DNA of 59,236 nucleotides, filler included, from Platydemus manokwari (Eukaryota): NCBI GenBank assembly GCA_037951405.1. It is 5 parts of 5 records of this genome, joined end to end, with 100 filler letters (N's around TTAATTAATTAA, not from the genome) between each part and the next. Parts side by side here need not be neighbours in the genome. Positions count along the whole stretch, not along the records: positions 38,068 to 49,458 come from JBBMOY010707762.1; positions 49,559 to 59,236 come from JBBMOY011219099.1; 3 more parts are not named here. One strand, 5' to 3'. Shown piece by piece: positions 41,795 to 54,656 of this stretch (position 1 is its first letter; each line of letters starts with the position of its first letter). The notes under the pieces were generated by a model. It saw only the letters and a program-made list of their open reading frames with translations, ran no database searches and was not told where the DNA came from. The position numbers and the translations under genes were made by a program.

Positions 41795-42599
41795 TCAATA
41801 ATAAAGTTTTCTGCTTTATTGAATATTGTTAATGATATGTTATTGAATAAATATATCTGAACATGATTTCATCTCATTATTAATATATATTTGAAAATAA
41901 TAATAAAATTTGTCTCTTAGCTTCTTATATTTATTGAATCGATATTTCTAATCTAAAATTTTTAAACCTATTAGCTGCTAAGACCTCTTCACTTTTAAGG
42001 TTAAAATCAAAACTCATAATTCGCAATGTGTAAGAATATATTTCATATTAAATATCATTTAAACAAATACTCCATCTTTAATAATTTATATAAAAATATT
42101 TTTAGACATTTTGATGTTTTTAAATTTGAGAGCTTACAATAAATGTCTGAACAAGATACCTAAATTTTTAATATAATATATAATATTAAAAATATTTTTT
42201 ATAAATTATTTAATTTAATTTTTTTTAAAATAATTAAATTATTTTAAAATCATTTAATGATTTGTAAACTAATTTAATTTTAATTTTAAAATTATTTAAT
42301 TTAGATTTAAAGCATCACAAAATCCATGCTCCTGTTTGAAATAAATCCAGTCATCTAAAAAGCATTATATATTATATCTTTATATATCTTTATATCTTCA
42401 AAATCTTGATAATAATGTTAATTAGAATATATCACTACTGCCACACCTATTGCCTTAAGGCTGCGCGAGGTGAAGAAACATCAACATAAGATGTGTATGT
42501 ATAATCTTTTACAATATCAATTTAATTATGATTACATGATAACTTCATATAAAAATTATTTTTTTCAGAATTTATCAAGTATCTTCATTGCTATTTCAT

Positions 42600-43260
42600 G
42601 CAAGGATAAAAAAAGGTATTATGAATAAAATATGAAGTTCATTGATAGAGATCAATGGATTTATAATTTATACCAAATAAACGTTACAATTTTTATATCT
42701 TATTAACAAAATCTAATTTACTAGATGTATATATTCATAATAAAATTATAAATTAATACTTATATACATAAATGGTCAAAGCCATTGCCAATATTGAAGA
42801 TTTTATTCCGGGTAAAATTCTTTGAAATCCCAATATATTTGTCGTTACCTCATGGAGATAAGAAATGAATTGAAAATTTAACATATGAAATACCTTTTAT
42901 TAATGATCATGACTAAAATCGCGACTTAAAAATATAAAATCAATTTATATATGGAGTTGATTTAGAATATCACAAAATTACTGATGAAAAAACGGAATAT
43001 TTACCATTAGATAAAGAAAATTAAGATATGTTGGTTCTTTATCTTATAAAGAAAGATAATATTTTTTAGAAAAGTAAAGTTGACTCAAAAATAAATATAA
43101 ATATATTGCCCTGGGTAATAATGTAATTTTTGTTTATTTCATGGAATAGTATTAAAATGATTCGTAGAAAATTACTTATAAAAACGAAAAGTTCGCTTAG
43201 AAATTATGTGAAATTTGATTTTAAACGAAGAAAGAAATTGAAAAATGAGAGAATCAACCA
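42600..43260 (+). mobile_element. Degraded Polinton pPolB central fragment between the two secreted-protein genes
   Basis: SLPHGDKK*I (cf. LPxGxFxW), FIYGVDLEYHKITDEKTEYLPLDKE (cf. ILEVDLxYP..HD..PLAPE) and HGIVLK..LRNYVKF..KRRK. Confidence 0.6.
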
Positions 43261-43802
43261 AGTATTGTTGGCATGAATGGAGATAGTAAATATTTAACTA
43301 TTGGTGAAAAACATTATGGATGTATACTATACCTTACCAGATAAACACATTAAAAGGACATAGTTTTGATAGCTAAACCAAACAATAATACGTATCATTT
43401 TTCAGAATTCCAGTATATCTTGGTTCTTTATATTATTTTATAATCTAAAACACTTTGAAATTCGAAAATAATTAAATTTATTAATATATTAAATCCTAAA
43501 CTGTGTTAGACAGTGTTATAATATTATTTGTTCGTCCTGCTTTCAATAATCATTAATAAATTAAATTAAATATAGCACATATAAATATTTAATTGTCTCT
43601 GATAAAGAAATCGATTACAGAAATAAAGAATACTTATAAATCATTTACATGTAGAATATTTGATTACAATTTAAAACTTCCGCGTGGTAATATTCCATCA
43701 ACTAAACGATATTGTGCTAATCATGAAATCTCCGGATGCAATTTTTCCAAATAATATAAATAGATTTCTTTCACATTTATATTTCATATCATTATTGTGA
43801 TC

Positions 43803-44186
43803 ATGAAAATATTTATTGTTTTAATATCTTGTTTGTTGAACTCGGTATTTTGTGCAAAATCTTTTGGTATAGGCTACTTTGAAAATGGTTATCATTGCGC
43901 ATTTATTGAATTTCAAATTATTCTTGATTATTTAAGGCAAAGGATATGTGAAGATAAACGGTAAAGTATATCCAGATACTCAAAAAGTTGTACAATACGG
44001 AACAGGCGTTGGTTGTACTAAATGCTATGTTTACCAAGGTATTTCTGGTATAAGGATTATATTTATGCCCACATTCCAGTGTCATCAGTAAATAAAATAT
44101 ATTAATCAATATTAGATTGTAATGTTACTTTCAGTGCAAGTCCAGCGATGATAAATGGGAAAAAAGTTTATTTACCACCATGCTGA
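43803..44186 (+). CDS. Small secreted Cys-containing protein B, 95 aa; exons 43803-43887, 43937-44087, 44135-44186
   Basis: Introns of 49 and 47 nt, in the same phases (1, 2) as paralog A, give MKIFIVLISCLLNSVFCAKSFGIGYFENGKGYVKINGKVYPDTQKVVQYGTGVGCTKCYVYQGISGIRIIFMPTFQCHHASPAMINGKKVYLPPC*. Confidence 0.85.
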
Positions 44187-45429
44187 TGATTAATAATAAA
44201 TATTTGTGTTCTATCATTGATTATTGTTATTGATATGTTCTTGAATAAATATATCTCAACATGATTTCACTTCATTCATAATTGATGATTATATTCGGTA
44301 AATAAGAGAATAAGCGTTATAAATTGAAACTTACAAATTAAAGTTAAAATTTGAGAAATGTCATCACATGATTTATAGAAGTCATCCCAGTGAATGTTTA
44401 TTTTTGTGACAATACTCTTAATTAATGAAAATCTAAGAAGTGCACAATATGCTCGCAGTTTGAATTTCCAAATAAATATAAATATATTATCACCAGTCTT
44501 AACTTTTCTGAGTTATCTAACGGCAATAAAGAATTTCAAATAAATAGAATAACAGTATCTTTACCATAAAATCAATAATTAAACCCTGATATTATTACTG
44601 CTTTAAATAATTATTTATAATTTCATATAGATTTCTTTGATCCTTTCATCCCATTTATATTTGTAGATGTTATTCTAATTAAGTGTTTAAATTCAAATCT
44701 ACAAGTTGCGACTTCATTAAATTTAATGCAAAATTGATATTGTTTAATCATGACTACAAGGTATTGTTCAAATTTTAAAACATTGACTTTTCCTTTATTA
44801 TTAAGACAGCTAATTTTGAAAAGATTCAGCACTATAATGCAATTCTTGTTCACGGACAATTAATTTTAAAAATTTCTAAAGCTAATTTATTAAACTTTAT
44901 TATCTATATAAAGTTTGTTTTATGTAAGATTGAAACCTCAACATCAAATTTTGCAAGAATTTTTATTTTATTTGTTGATCATTTTCAATTTGTATTCTAA
45001 TGGAATAACATATTAATATATTAGACCGGAATCGATTCAAATTTAAATGGTTTTTGATTTTTTTTTCGTTTATTACTTTTCAACTTTTTATTTTATCTTC
45101 GATGTTATTGTTACATATAACAAGTATTTTCTGTCAATACGTGAAACATTATAAAGACAAAATCTGTATTAAAATGAAAATTTTTGATATAATTTATTAT
45201 ATTTGATAATTTTAAAAATGAGGGGTACTATTATTCCCTTCCAAGCAGTGAGAGAAATTTTGGATTAATTACTTTGATTTTCAGTGGAACTATGTTATCT
45301 TTTACACTGGCTTCCACATATTTTTATAGCATTACGATATTATTTTGGATTCTTTGATTTGAAAAAAAATTATATTTTAAGTATATTTACAAAATGAATT
45401 AATTACGGAAAATATTGGTATTGTATCAG

Positions 45430-48125
45430 AACAGGGAGAGAAAATGATGAAAATTAAGAAGAATTTAAAGCAAATAGCTCAGGAACAATAATAGAAAAAG
45501 AATCTTCTCTCAAAATCAGAAGGGGAAACCAGATATATATATGACAAGACGGTCGAAGAACTCAAAACAGAAATAGATACCAATAAACGAAGGATAGAAT
45601 TAGAATATTTTGGTCGTCCACTCAAAGATAATGAAAGATGTGAAAATCGAAGTTAAATATAAGGAGAAATCGATTAAAGGCATAAATAAAGAAGGTAAAC
45701 AAGTGATAGCTGTCGTAGATTTAGACGATGAGGAGGAAAGAATTCCCGAAGAATTAATGGAGGAATTTCAAAAGGAACCTCCAAATAATAGATAAATAAA
45801 GGAAATATATAATGTAGTTGGAGTGATAGTTCCACTACATGTGTTTAAAGAATTAATAGATATAAGCAGAACTCACCTTCAAGAATTTATTGCATTTGTA
45901 CCAGAAATCAGAGTGTTATTAGCAAGGTTTGGATCATGTCTCAGGACATCTCAAGAGGATACGAGACCTATGCACATAATATGGTAAGACATTTTAACGA
46001 GTTAATTGAATCTCATTATTGCACCAAAGTTGGAAAAATTCGTAGGAAGGCCAAACGCGTTATGGAAAATGAGCATATCATAATGTTGTTATTCAAAGGT
46101 CAATATTGAAATGATGAGTATTTAATCGATATTGGATGCAGTCAGAATGAGGTGAGTATAATAACTGCGATTTTATTAAATAGCAGAGGACATATGGTGC
46201 CAAGGCCCGTCTCGCTATATTATCCAAACAATATAACGGAATTACAAGAAAGAGAGGTGCAACTCAACCTACGGAGCAACGGCACGCCTCTACCAATAGC
46301 AAAAGAGCTGACAAGGAGTATCAGAGAAATAGAAGATCCCGATGACGTGATATTGGAAGAAATTCAAGAACAGACAGAACCAGAAGAAGTTCAAATCCAA
46401 GAAGAAACAGAATTAGAAGAAGTTCAAGAGGAATTCGTCGAGTCACAGGAAGGAGATAATGAACAATTAACCCTACCTGTTAAAAGACGATTCGAATTCT
46501 CAGAGCATGAACGAAGAAGCCAATCAGCTAAGCAAGCACTGGTAGAAGAATCTAGACCAAGACTTTCAGAACCAGGTAGAAGAAAGGATCAGATGACAAG
46601 GCATTTGCTAAGTGTCACCACAAATGCAAAGATTAAAGCAAGAGCTTTAGAGAAAGTTGCACGAAATTTGATAGAGCCCACAGGGATTATGCATGAGGCA
46701 TCTACACATGCAGAGGACATGTTAAGGAAAATGCATTGAAACTGTTACAGAAAATTGAAGACTGAATCGGTTGAAGTAGAAACTCAGATTTAACATATCA
46801 TGTCAGACGAAAAGGAGGATGACGAAGAGATCATCAAAAGTTTTGCTCAAGGAATAATGGGATGATAGAAAGCGCAGATAGCTGTACCCTTCATGATACG
46901 AAAGCTATAAGGAGTAACTACGAAGCATCCATAGAAATATCAAGAAACTCTACTGAAAATGGCCACGTTATTGGAAAAGTATATCGAGCCATGGATGAAT
47001 AGACGTTTCGGATGGGAAGGACCGATTAACGAACAGAGCAAACCCAAGCCATCTAAAGTAAGAGAAGCACCAAACATAGAGTTAGGAGCACAGATGCTTA
47101 TGATATTATTTAATAGGACAGGAACTATGGCCATACGAGCATTCGATTGCGATAAACCTCAGTTGGGAAAGATATATTCGCTAGTGGATTTAGAAGAGTG
47201 CCTGAGGCACGACCGATGAAGATAAACACGAAAAAGGTTATATACAATGTATACCAAGAAACGGGCTATAGAAGGGCCAAGGTAAGAGAATGCAGAGTAA
47301 AAAGAGCTAAATTCGAATACTATTGTGGATATCACAGTCATGCGTCAATAGTCTCCGCCGAAATGATATCCAGAGCTATAGACGTTCTCCTTTACCTCAG
47401 AGAAGTTGAAAATAGATGAGAACACGACTCTTACAGTAGAAAAAAGCATAATAAACACACAAATCCTAATTAAAGATGATGGTCTATGTACTGGACGAAC
47501 GGTCAATAGAGGAAAATATTACGTTAATAGCATAGTTACTATCTATGATTATGAAACCAAATTAAGAGAAGTGGAAGAAGTTATTGATGAGGAATCAGGA
47601 GCAATGTTATCTTATCCAAACTGTACTACTAAAGTAACTAATTGTTTCACCGGACAAGCAACTTTAGTATATGAGGTAAGGCCAATGGAATGTCAGTTAG
47701 CGTATATAAGCTCAGCTGAATTCTTCCAAACTAAAGGAGAAATAATTAAGGACTCAATACGTGATTTGAAAGCGACCCTGAAAGAAGGAACGGCAACACG
47801 AGAATTATAACTAGAAGAAACCATAATAGCATTGGTTAGTGTAAACGAGAAAGAAGGCATGAGATTAATCAGAAAAGAAAACACGGTAAGATGCGGGAGA
47901 AGTATCTAACACACGAATTACCAAGGAATATTAGTATCAAAAACAGAAATTAATCAGGCCAAGAAAGTTAGAGCAGTTGATATCAGGAACGATGTCCATG
48001 TTAGTAATAAGTTGGATTATTTGTATCACATAATTCAGGATAAGATCAAGCATGTCTATTAAGACATGATTCTTAATTATTGTAGACTCAATAGGAAAAT
48101 ATTGAGAAATGGATTTTATGACCGA
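45430..48125 (+). pseudogene. Endogenous virus-like element copy 1: unknown N-terminal region plus chuvirus-like glycoprotein ectodomain (frameshifted, C-terminally truncated)
   Basis: AIRAFDCDKPQLGKIYSLVDLEEC, YQETG..VRECRVKRAKFEYYCGYHSHASIV, DDGLCTG, CFTGQATLVYEV..C, RCGRSI*HTNYQGI and SNKLDYLYH..NYCRLNRKILRN follow the motif order of chuvirus-like G. Confidence 0.8.
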
Positions 48126-48154
48126 ATAGAATGTTAATCATGAATGTTAATCAT

Positions 48155-49200
48155 TGGAAGCAGATCAGAAAGATGAATGTGGTAGCTGACCATATTCGAT
48201 AAGGATCAACCAATTTGGGGAAAGGTACCCCGTATATCTAATGAAAAATTTGGGGTTTTGAACAATGACTCCCGTCAAATCGAAAATCAACGATCCTTTT
48301 TACGAATGAGAATGACGAAGCAGGATATAAAACAAAGAGTGTGATTTGTCCGTGTGGCATTAGCGCAACCGGATGGCGTAAAGCATATTAACGGGAGATT
48401 CACTCGCCAAAGATTACCAAGTCAGTATATCAGCTACGAGTTCCTGAGAAGATTTATGAAATATGAAAAAAAGCCACATACTAGAAATAATAAAGAAAAT
48501 CTACTTCGCCGTAAAAGCCAGATGAACAGATCATTATCTCTTTGAACCCAAAGAAACAAGAGAAGAAAGAAAGGACGAAGAGAAAACCAAGATGAGAATC
48601 CCGTTCAAGAAAACAGAGTAACCCAAGAAGATAGAACAACCAACGAAGAAATAGGAGACTGAGAAGATTCAGACATTGTTATACAAGGATTATCGGACGA
48701 ATCAGGAGGAAAATAGATCATCTACAAGCAGGGCAACAGGAGAATGTCAACCCTCCACCAGTAAAAGGATTAAGTTGGAGGAAATCGACATACAAGAAGA
48801 GATATTATGGGATACCCCAGACTCTGTAGAGATTCTGGATTATTACAAGTTATGGAAATATACCAAAGGCTTTGATTTGCACAACCTAGAGTCCAAGATT
48901 AAATAAGAGTGGCATACTCGCGCGGAGATGGAAGAGGAGAGATACTTAACCTCGGGAGACGAAGAGATGCAGCCACAAGATTCCCAAGCAGGGACAAGTG
49001 GAGAAATTAAAGAGAGGGTTGGAACGCAAAGGTGCAATTCTTGTAACTTCACATAAGTCCCAAGCAAACTCTGAAAAGAAAACAAAATTCGACCTCAGTG
49101 AAGTCCCTCTTCAACAAATCCAAGAGGTTGCGGAAATATTTCGGCTATGCTATTTAGCCTATTTCTGTAACATAACCGGAGAAGAGCGCCGAATCTAGAG
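48155..49200 (+). pseudogene. Unidentified decayed ORF region downstream of the glycoprotein (same element by composition)
   Basis: Same purine-rich sense strand; ORF pieces 48676-48906 and 48998-49198; acidic low-complexity segments. Confidence 0.45.
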
Positions 49201-49458
49201 GAAGAAGATATGAGAGCGGAATTAAAAATGAAAATTATAATTTTGATTTTGATTTTAATAGTGATTATAATTTTTTTTCTGGGTGAATTAATAAATGTAT
49301 TTTGTTCTTTTATTTATTGTTTTTGAGAAAAGGAAATCTCAAAAATTTAAGGAAAGTAAATGAAGAGTCCACATTGTAAAGATAGTTAAATATAAACAAA
49401 AGTAAATTACTGAAAAATAAAGATAAGTTAAAGATAAACTTTCCGAAGAAAATAAATT

Positions 49459-49558
49459 NNNNNNNNNNNNNNNNNNNNNNNNNNNNNNNNNNNNNNNNNN
49501 NNTTAATTAATTAANNNNNNNNNNNNNNNNNNNNNNNNNNNNNNNNNNNNNNNNNNNN
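49459..49558. other. Assembly gap/linker
   Basis: N44-TTAATTAATTAA-N44. Confidence 0.98.
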
Positions 49559-50589
49559 AATTGTACAAGATTTTCTTTAATAAACACTCAATTGTTCTAA
49601 AAAAATTCCGGTTTTTAAGTTATAGACCCAATAAGTAATTCTACTCTTATAACCATTACTTTTCGTTATGCTTGATATAGGGATTCATTAGTAAACCCAG
49701 TTTTCATTTACTTTCAACGATAAAATTCACGAGGGTTTACCAAGTAATTCGTAAGATTAAGGAGGTAGGCTTAGCAGAGATCTCTTTAGTGTTTATACTG
49801 ACTTTGTTGTTCATTCAAAAATCGAACATATCATAAATAAACTCTGCAATTGATCAGTGTACTTGATTGTATCCTTCCGTTACTGATTGTTGGCCTTGCT
49901 AAAGTCGATCTATATTTGCATTGTGCATTCACACTTCTTCATACTAAGTGACTTGTTAGTGTGATAATTCGTTTATTTGTATCTGTATTTCTCCTTATCT
50001 GTGATTGAGGTTCTAGATGCTGCATGGTATATATGATACAGATATGTTAACACAACTTTATGTCGCATAAAATAGCATTTGTGTTCGTTTTTGTTTCACA
50101 CATGTGTATATCATCGTAAAAATGGTATCATTTTTTGGCTATGAAATAGATTTACATCCGTATTGCCGACTTTTATAAGTAAGTATAATTTTGGACGTGG
50201 TTTATCCTGTATCTTCAAATAGTAATTAGTTACATTTTCAATTCTGGTATCCAATTGGGTTTTTAATGATTATCTCAATTACCAGACAATTGATAATACT
50301 CAGACATAAACTCGCAGTGGAGTCCAAGGTTTTAATAAAAGATTTTAATTGATAATTTAATAAAGGAAGATTTACTACTTGTACTCACTACACTGTTTTT
50401 ATTTTGGACGGGACTATACTCCATGCACTAAGTCTTCACTTATTTTATCTATATAAACTCTAAATGATAAATATTTCTGTTACGTCAGATTTTTCGGTCT
50501 TGAATGTCCAGGTTTAATTTTTAGACGTAAACTATGAATAGACTAGAAACATTTATAACTGATACAATTTTAATACAATAAATCAAGAT

Positions 50590-53500
50590 AATGATGTTGA
50601 TATTGAAAAATCGGACAAACAAATCTCCACTAATGCAACTTCAAAAATACCAAACAGCTCCAATATTCCAACTACCGAGGGAGAAAAACAACCAAATTAA
50701 AGCATTGACTTCTCAACGGATACAAGGACAAGCAAGTCAAAGGATAAGAACTGAGACCAATCAAAGGACGAAAGACCAATGTGTTCCTGGATAAAAGCCA
50801 GTTGCTAATTGACCTCGAAAATAATTGATAAGATCGCACTGAGAGTGAAACAGGTACTTCAGAATGTGACTCCTCAGTGACGGACAATCCGCATTGTTTT
50901 CTGTTTTCCAGTAACCAAATTTACAATTACATTAAAAACCGAATACCAGATGAAATATTCTATCTCCAATCATATATTAGTGAAAGCATTGTTGTCCACC
51001 AACTTGATATCTCAGACTCGATTACATGCCAATAAACACTGAGCAGTAGCAAAATCTTCCTGACTCCTATTAATGTGAATAATATTCAGTGGACGCTGCT
51101 GATTAGAAACAAAGATGATGGGATGGAAATCATTGATACAATGGGATACTCAGTGCTTCGATCAAAACTAATAGATGTTAACAAACAGTACGAAGGATAG
51201 ACTCATTCAGTACTAAGCCCTTCTCATAGTTACCAGTCAAGACAATGTCAGAACAACTATGCTTAATGTGGACCCTCGTATGTGGTTATGCAGAAAATCT
51301 TGCCAACGATCTCAATATTAATGAAACAATGCCATAGACATTGGAATCGAGGTTATATCAGAAACTGAGAGAGACTGGAATAAACCAAGAAATATTGGAG
51401 GTCATTCAGAAGAAATTCAAATCACCAAATACCGAGATGACCACCTACTATTCACAGATAAGCGCAAGATTGTTTCTGGTTCTAGATCCGTTTCTGATTA
51501 AAGCGCTTGCCAATAACAACACAGAAGAAATCAAGGAATTCCTATACTTCAAATATTTCAACAATAGAGAGAGATTATCTTCTGCCCATTACTGATAAAA
51601 TGTAATAATTGGATATTAGTGATGGCAAACATTACAACGAGCGAAATAATAATGCTTGATCCAGAAGGCAACTCGCAGAACAATGAGAAGACAAGTATAT
51701 TAAATAACGTAAATGAAAATCTCTCAATTCTAGTATGGAACAAAAAAGAATTTGATATGGTCGAAGCAAACCCCAACAGAGCGTTGCAAATAAACTTTGG
51801 AGAAAGTGGACAACTGGTCTTCGGGTATATGCGCAATACTTGCAACAATAGCAGCATGTTCCGAATTAATACAACAGCAATTAAGGTGAAAGCCAACGAA
51901 GCGATTATCGATCATCAAAAACGAACAATGAGGGGCGAACAACTCCTAGCCATTCCTAAAGATGCTCCAAAAGATACAATTCAGATCAGGCAAAGTCTGG
52001 CTCACAGTCTCGCAAATAACTTAGGAAAAGATTCATTAAACGAGTCATACAAAATCATCTCTGAATTTATTAGAACTGTGACAGTGATGAGACTATCAGG
52101 GCATTCAGTCCTCGGTAAAGCAACAAATGAAATGAGAAGGGGGAAAACAGACATGAAACTTTGAAATCTGTTCAATATCGCCCCATCAGTTGCTTTTTGA
52201 ATAATTACCAAATCTACTCATGCAAATACTTTGCCACAAAAGAAGACTTCGAAATACTTTACAGAAACAAACAAGTCGATTCAAAAAAATTACCAAAATC
52301 TATTAGACCTTGTGCGACCCAATGCAATGAATTCTGTGAACTAAAAAGGTATGAGAAGAGAGGTCCTAATTTCTCATTTCAAACTATTGAAATTGAAACA
52401 ATTTATAAAATTTATGTCAAAAGAATCCAACAGCTCCGGGAATGAACAATTTCGGATACAAGGATATGTCTTATGCCGACCCAAACTGTGAATTATTGAA
52501 AGTACTATTTGACAAGTACATAGAGCTAAAAGAAATTCCTGATTGCACTCTTCGTTTGTTGTTACAAAATACTAACAACAATCCTATGCCAACAACTTCG
52601 GAGTTGGTCGATGAGAACAACCTAATTCATGCATTGCAAAAGAGTCTGAGGCCAACTGATGGGTGCGCGGAGCACAACTTGATTCTTGGAGCTCTGTTAG
52701 AAAACTACTCAAGGAAAGGAAGATATGATATTCACATCTCATTCATAGACTTTTTCATAGAGGCTTTTCCTTCGATAAAAATCACAGCAATGACGAGGAT
52801 ATTGGAATATATTGGCCTGGATGAAAATGATATAAAAATGGTCAAATGCCTGTACAACAACTGCTGGGCTACGTTCAAGTGTGGGGATTATGAGACATGT
52901 CCGATCGAAATGAAACGTGGGGTTCGTCAAGGTTGCCCAATATCAATGTTGTTATTCAACATTTCAATGAACCCAATTCTTGTAAAAATGGATTAACACC
53001 TATTGGATGGATTATTATTGGCTAATAATAAAATCTCTTGGTTTGTATATGCTGATGACCTTGCACTGATCGGTAAGGACGCCAATGGTGTACAATCAAT
53101 GATCAACGAGGCTTCCGAACTGGCGACGTCACTCGGATTCAAGTTCAAACCATCTAAACGCAGATACCTACACAATGAAAAAGAAGGTTCTATGCTAGAT
53201 AACTTAGAAGTGAACAATGAACCAATTCCAATAATCACTATGGACAACCATTATCGATATTTGGGTGTGAACTTTTCACTGAAGTTACACAATTCCACAG
53301 AAAATCTATTTAACGATCTGAAAACTACGATGGAAATGCTCACAAATTCAATTCTGCATTTATGGTAGTAACTCAGAGCATTTGAACTGTTTATCTATAC
53401 GAAATGCACTTTCTTCCTGAGAAATTGTTTTATCACCTATACAAAACTCAACGAATTCGACATTATGATGAGAAAATACTTGAAGACAATACTGGGTGTA

Positions 53501-53900
53501 CTAAAATATTGCAGTACAAATTACTTATATTCCTCCGAAGCCAATGGAGGATGCGGTCTACGCAATATGACAGAAGGTTATACAATTCAATCAATCATCC
53601 ATGCCTACTATCTCTTCACGAGGAAGCATGGTGTAACAAGAAGTCAAATGATGGAATTCTACGAAAATTGGTACTTAGCCAGCAAATCATGCACAAACTA
53701 GCGATGAAATGCATAAAGTCAAATATCAATGCGTCGTACCCCCAATGGTAGTTCTACACTGGCTAAATAAACTCACACTGCTCCAAATAAACGAAAACAA
53801 GGGATGAAGACTATTCACAGTTGGACCTTGACTCTGAGGACGATAGCTGAGCAATCAATTACTGGACGTAGCCAAGAGAAATATGATAATAGGTTCAATC
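50590..53900 (+). mobile_element. Degraded R2-group (NeSL-like) non-LTR retrotransposon with Ulp1-like peptidase and reverse transcriptase
   Basis: RT motifs: TAPGMNNFGYKD..DPNC, PTDGCAEHNLIL, RGVRQGCPISMLLFN, YADDLAL, GFKFKPSK, YRYLGV, YLYSSEANGGCGL. Upstream PINVNNIQWTLLI..IIDTMG and QNNYA*CGP resemble the C48/Ulp1 protease. No RLE domain is visible. Confidence 0.85.
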
Positions 53901-54656
53901 GCAAGAAAGAATCTATGTTATAAGCCGTGATTTATCACGGCTAACCAATTAATCATTGTCTTGAATAGATATTTGTTTTTTTTATTTTGGATTTAGTTTT
54001 CCTGTCCTTGAAACTTTTCTTGATGACCTTGAGATCGATTAAACAAAACGAGTTTTCCTGCATTAAAGCAAATTTTTTGTATTATTTTACTTTAAAGCAA
54101 TTTTTTACAGTTATTTATATTCTAGGATATTTCATTTTGAAAATAATAAATTATTTTTTAAATAATTTTTATGATTTCGTCTTTTTATTGTCATGTGAAG
54201 GACATTTACGCTATATTTTTACGGTGAAACTAGGGTTAAAAACAGATTAAAAGAAATAACTAAACTCATGGAATCAATAATTGTAATAGTAACGTGGTTA
54301 AATAAAGAAACACGTTGTATTTGTTTAAATAATTGAATGGCGGATTAGTTTTTTAAATAAATATTATGTCTGCAAGTGTCAATGATGTAACTGTAATCCA
54401 TTAAAATGGTTAAAATATAATGTTTAATATTTTCGCTGATCACGAATCATGTGTAATTCAAAGGCACTATTTCTGCATCTTAATGATTTAACATCTGATT
54501 TACATTTGTGTATATGAATCACATGTGATACACTGGCCTGTGAACTTCTATAATAATTGAACTACACATTAATCATTCTCAGTGAATGAACATATCAATT
54601 ATTGAGCGTTAATTCTTAAATTCAATTTGACAATGATATAATAATAAATCGCTTAC

